From Candidatus Parcubacteria bacterium (GTDB taxonomy: Bacteria > Patescibacteriota > Minisyncoccia > Phycocordibacterales > UBA918): DNA of 55,267 nt. The notes below the pieces were generated by a model. The model had not been told where the DNA came from. It did not search any database and saw only the letters and a program-made list of their open reading frames with translations. This document shows, in pieces, positions 54,665 to 55,267 of this stretch. Location: contig JAASSY010000002.1 of assembly GCA_021767645.1 (NCBI GenBank), positions 1 to 55,267 on the forward strand, given 5' to 3'. Each line of letters starts with the position of its first letter. Positions within the stretch are counted from its first letter, which is position 1. The translations under genes were made by a program, and so were the position numbers.

Positions 54665-54804
54665 AGGTGTATCTATTGTATCGGAAAAATACAAACCACC
54701 AAATAAACGAAAGCGGTAAGAAAGTATTGACAATTTTATATACTATGCTAGTATGATGCGTAATCAGTTCTACGAGGTAGCCCGAGCTGCCAGATCTCTC
54801 CAGG

Positions 54805-55055
54805 AAAAACAAAAACATCCAGCCGTCTGCTGGATGCGTTTTACGTATCGAGTCGATAATTCTCTAAGCAACTTGGGTTGCGTGGCGAGGGTAGTGTGGT
54901 TCTCACCACTGAGTGAGGGTGCTGTGCTATTGCTTAGCGCGAAACTCACTTTCTATGTGGAAGCCTTGCTTAGAGAATTATCCACTCGATGGTCTGATAA
55001 CACCCCACCGCACTTGTGCGGTGGGGTGTTTCTGGGTGGTGTCGAAGAACTGTTT
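54805..55055 (-). ncRNA. candidate structured ncRNA (about 250 nt), family unknown
   Basis: On the minus strand: an extended -10 (TGcTATAGT, complement of about 55061-55069), then a 13-bp hairpin (54999-55030) and a 25-bp closing stem with one mismatch (54847-54871 / 54966-54990) enclosing about 95 nt with two inner hairpins. It ends in an intrinsic terminator (CATCCAGC/GCTGGATG, 54816-54836) followed by UUUUUGUUUUU. Confidence 0.35.
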
Positions 55056-55267
55056 CGACTATAGCATAGTTTGTTTCCTTGCCCACTTGTCGACACACAA
55101 GTCTGTTGTGTAACGCAGAGCGGTGTTGGTTACACAATGTGACTCGCAAAATCATCGCCGTCTGTTTCGTTGTTGGTTTGATTGGTGCGGTGACGGGTGC
55201 CGGTGAGATCGACGACGCGTTGCAGCTCTGTGAGACTTGTGACGCCCTATAGAACATGACTAATACC

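Noticed and set aside
55018-55267. tmRNA 5' end (GGGGTG...TTTCGAC)
   Set aside because: The GGGG is the 3' arm of a 13-bp hairpin. The spacing to TTCGAC is about 20 nt too long compared with known tmRNA 5' ends. No tag-like ORF or tRNA-like 3' end can be seen before the window ends.

Overview
This looks like a chromosomal origin-proximal segment of a small, gene-dense bacterial genome. UGA is read as stop, and the tRNA genes do not encode CCA. By inference only, the gene content fits a reduced-genome Patescibacteria/CPR-like lineage: many signal-peptide or single-TM orphan proteins, a minimal monoderm-type T4SS/pilin cluster, and no biosynthetic genes.

Recognisable housekeeping genes, left to right:
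- ECF sigma factor with a putative anti-sigma partner, an alpha/beta hydrolase, corA, tRNA-Pro, yraN, DoxX
- tRNA-Gly and tRNA-Arg, cca, DedA, xth
- two tandem M14 peptidases, a DEAD-box helicase, csp, a Xer-type recombinase, rpsO
- an NYN protein, pnp, comM/yifB, a LysM-M23 peptidase, pcrA, rsmA
- yidC-rnpA-rpmH | dnaA-dnaN-DUF721 (the origin region)
- PBP1A, tyrS, an acidic ORF, ruvC, yebC, ruvB

Main items worth a second look:
1. A 13-kb, 12-gene T4SS/pilus-like operon (30.2-43.5 kb). It has VirB4, a VirB6-like protein, a PrgI/VirB3-like protein and two unusual pilin paralogs. No relaxase, coupling protein or VirB11 is present in the window.
2. Two tRNA genes, each followed by a palindromic terminator and a highly structured 127-176 nt element. 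Each element ends in an exact copy of that tRNA's 3' end.
3. A GTTTNNCGTGNNAC motif family that brackets small genes at 6.0-7.5 kb.
4. Several complete mini-genes and candidate ncRNAs in otherwise unexplained spacers.

All family calls come from motif reading by eye; no searches were run.
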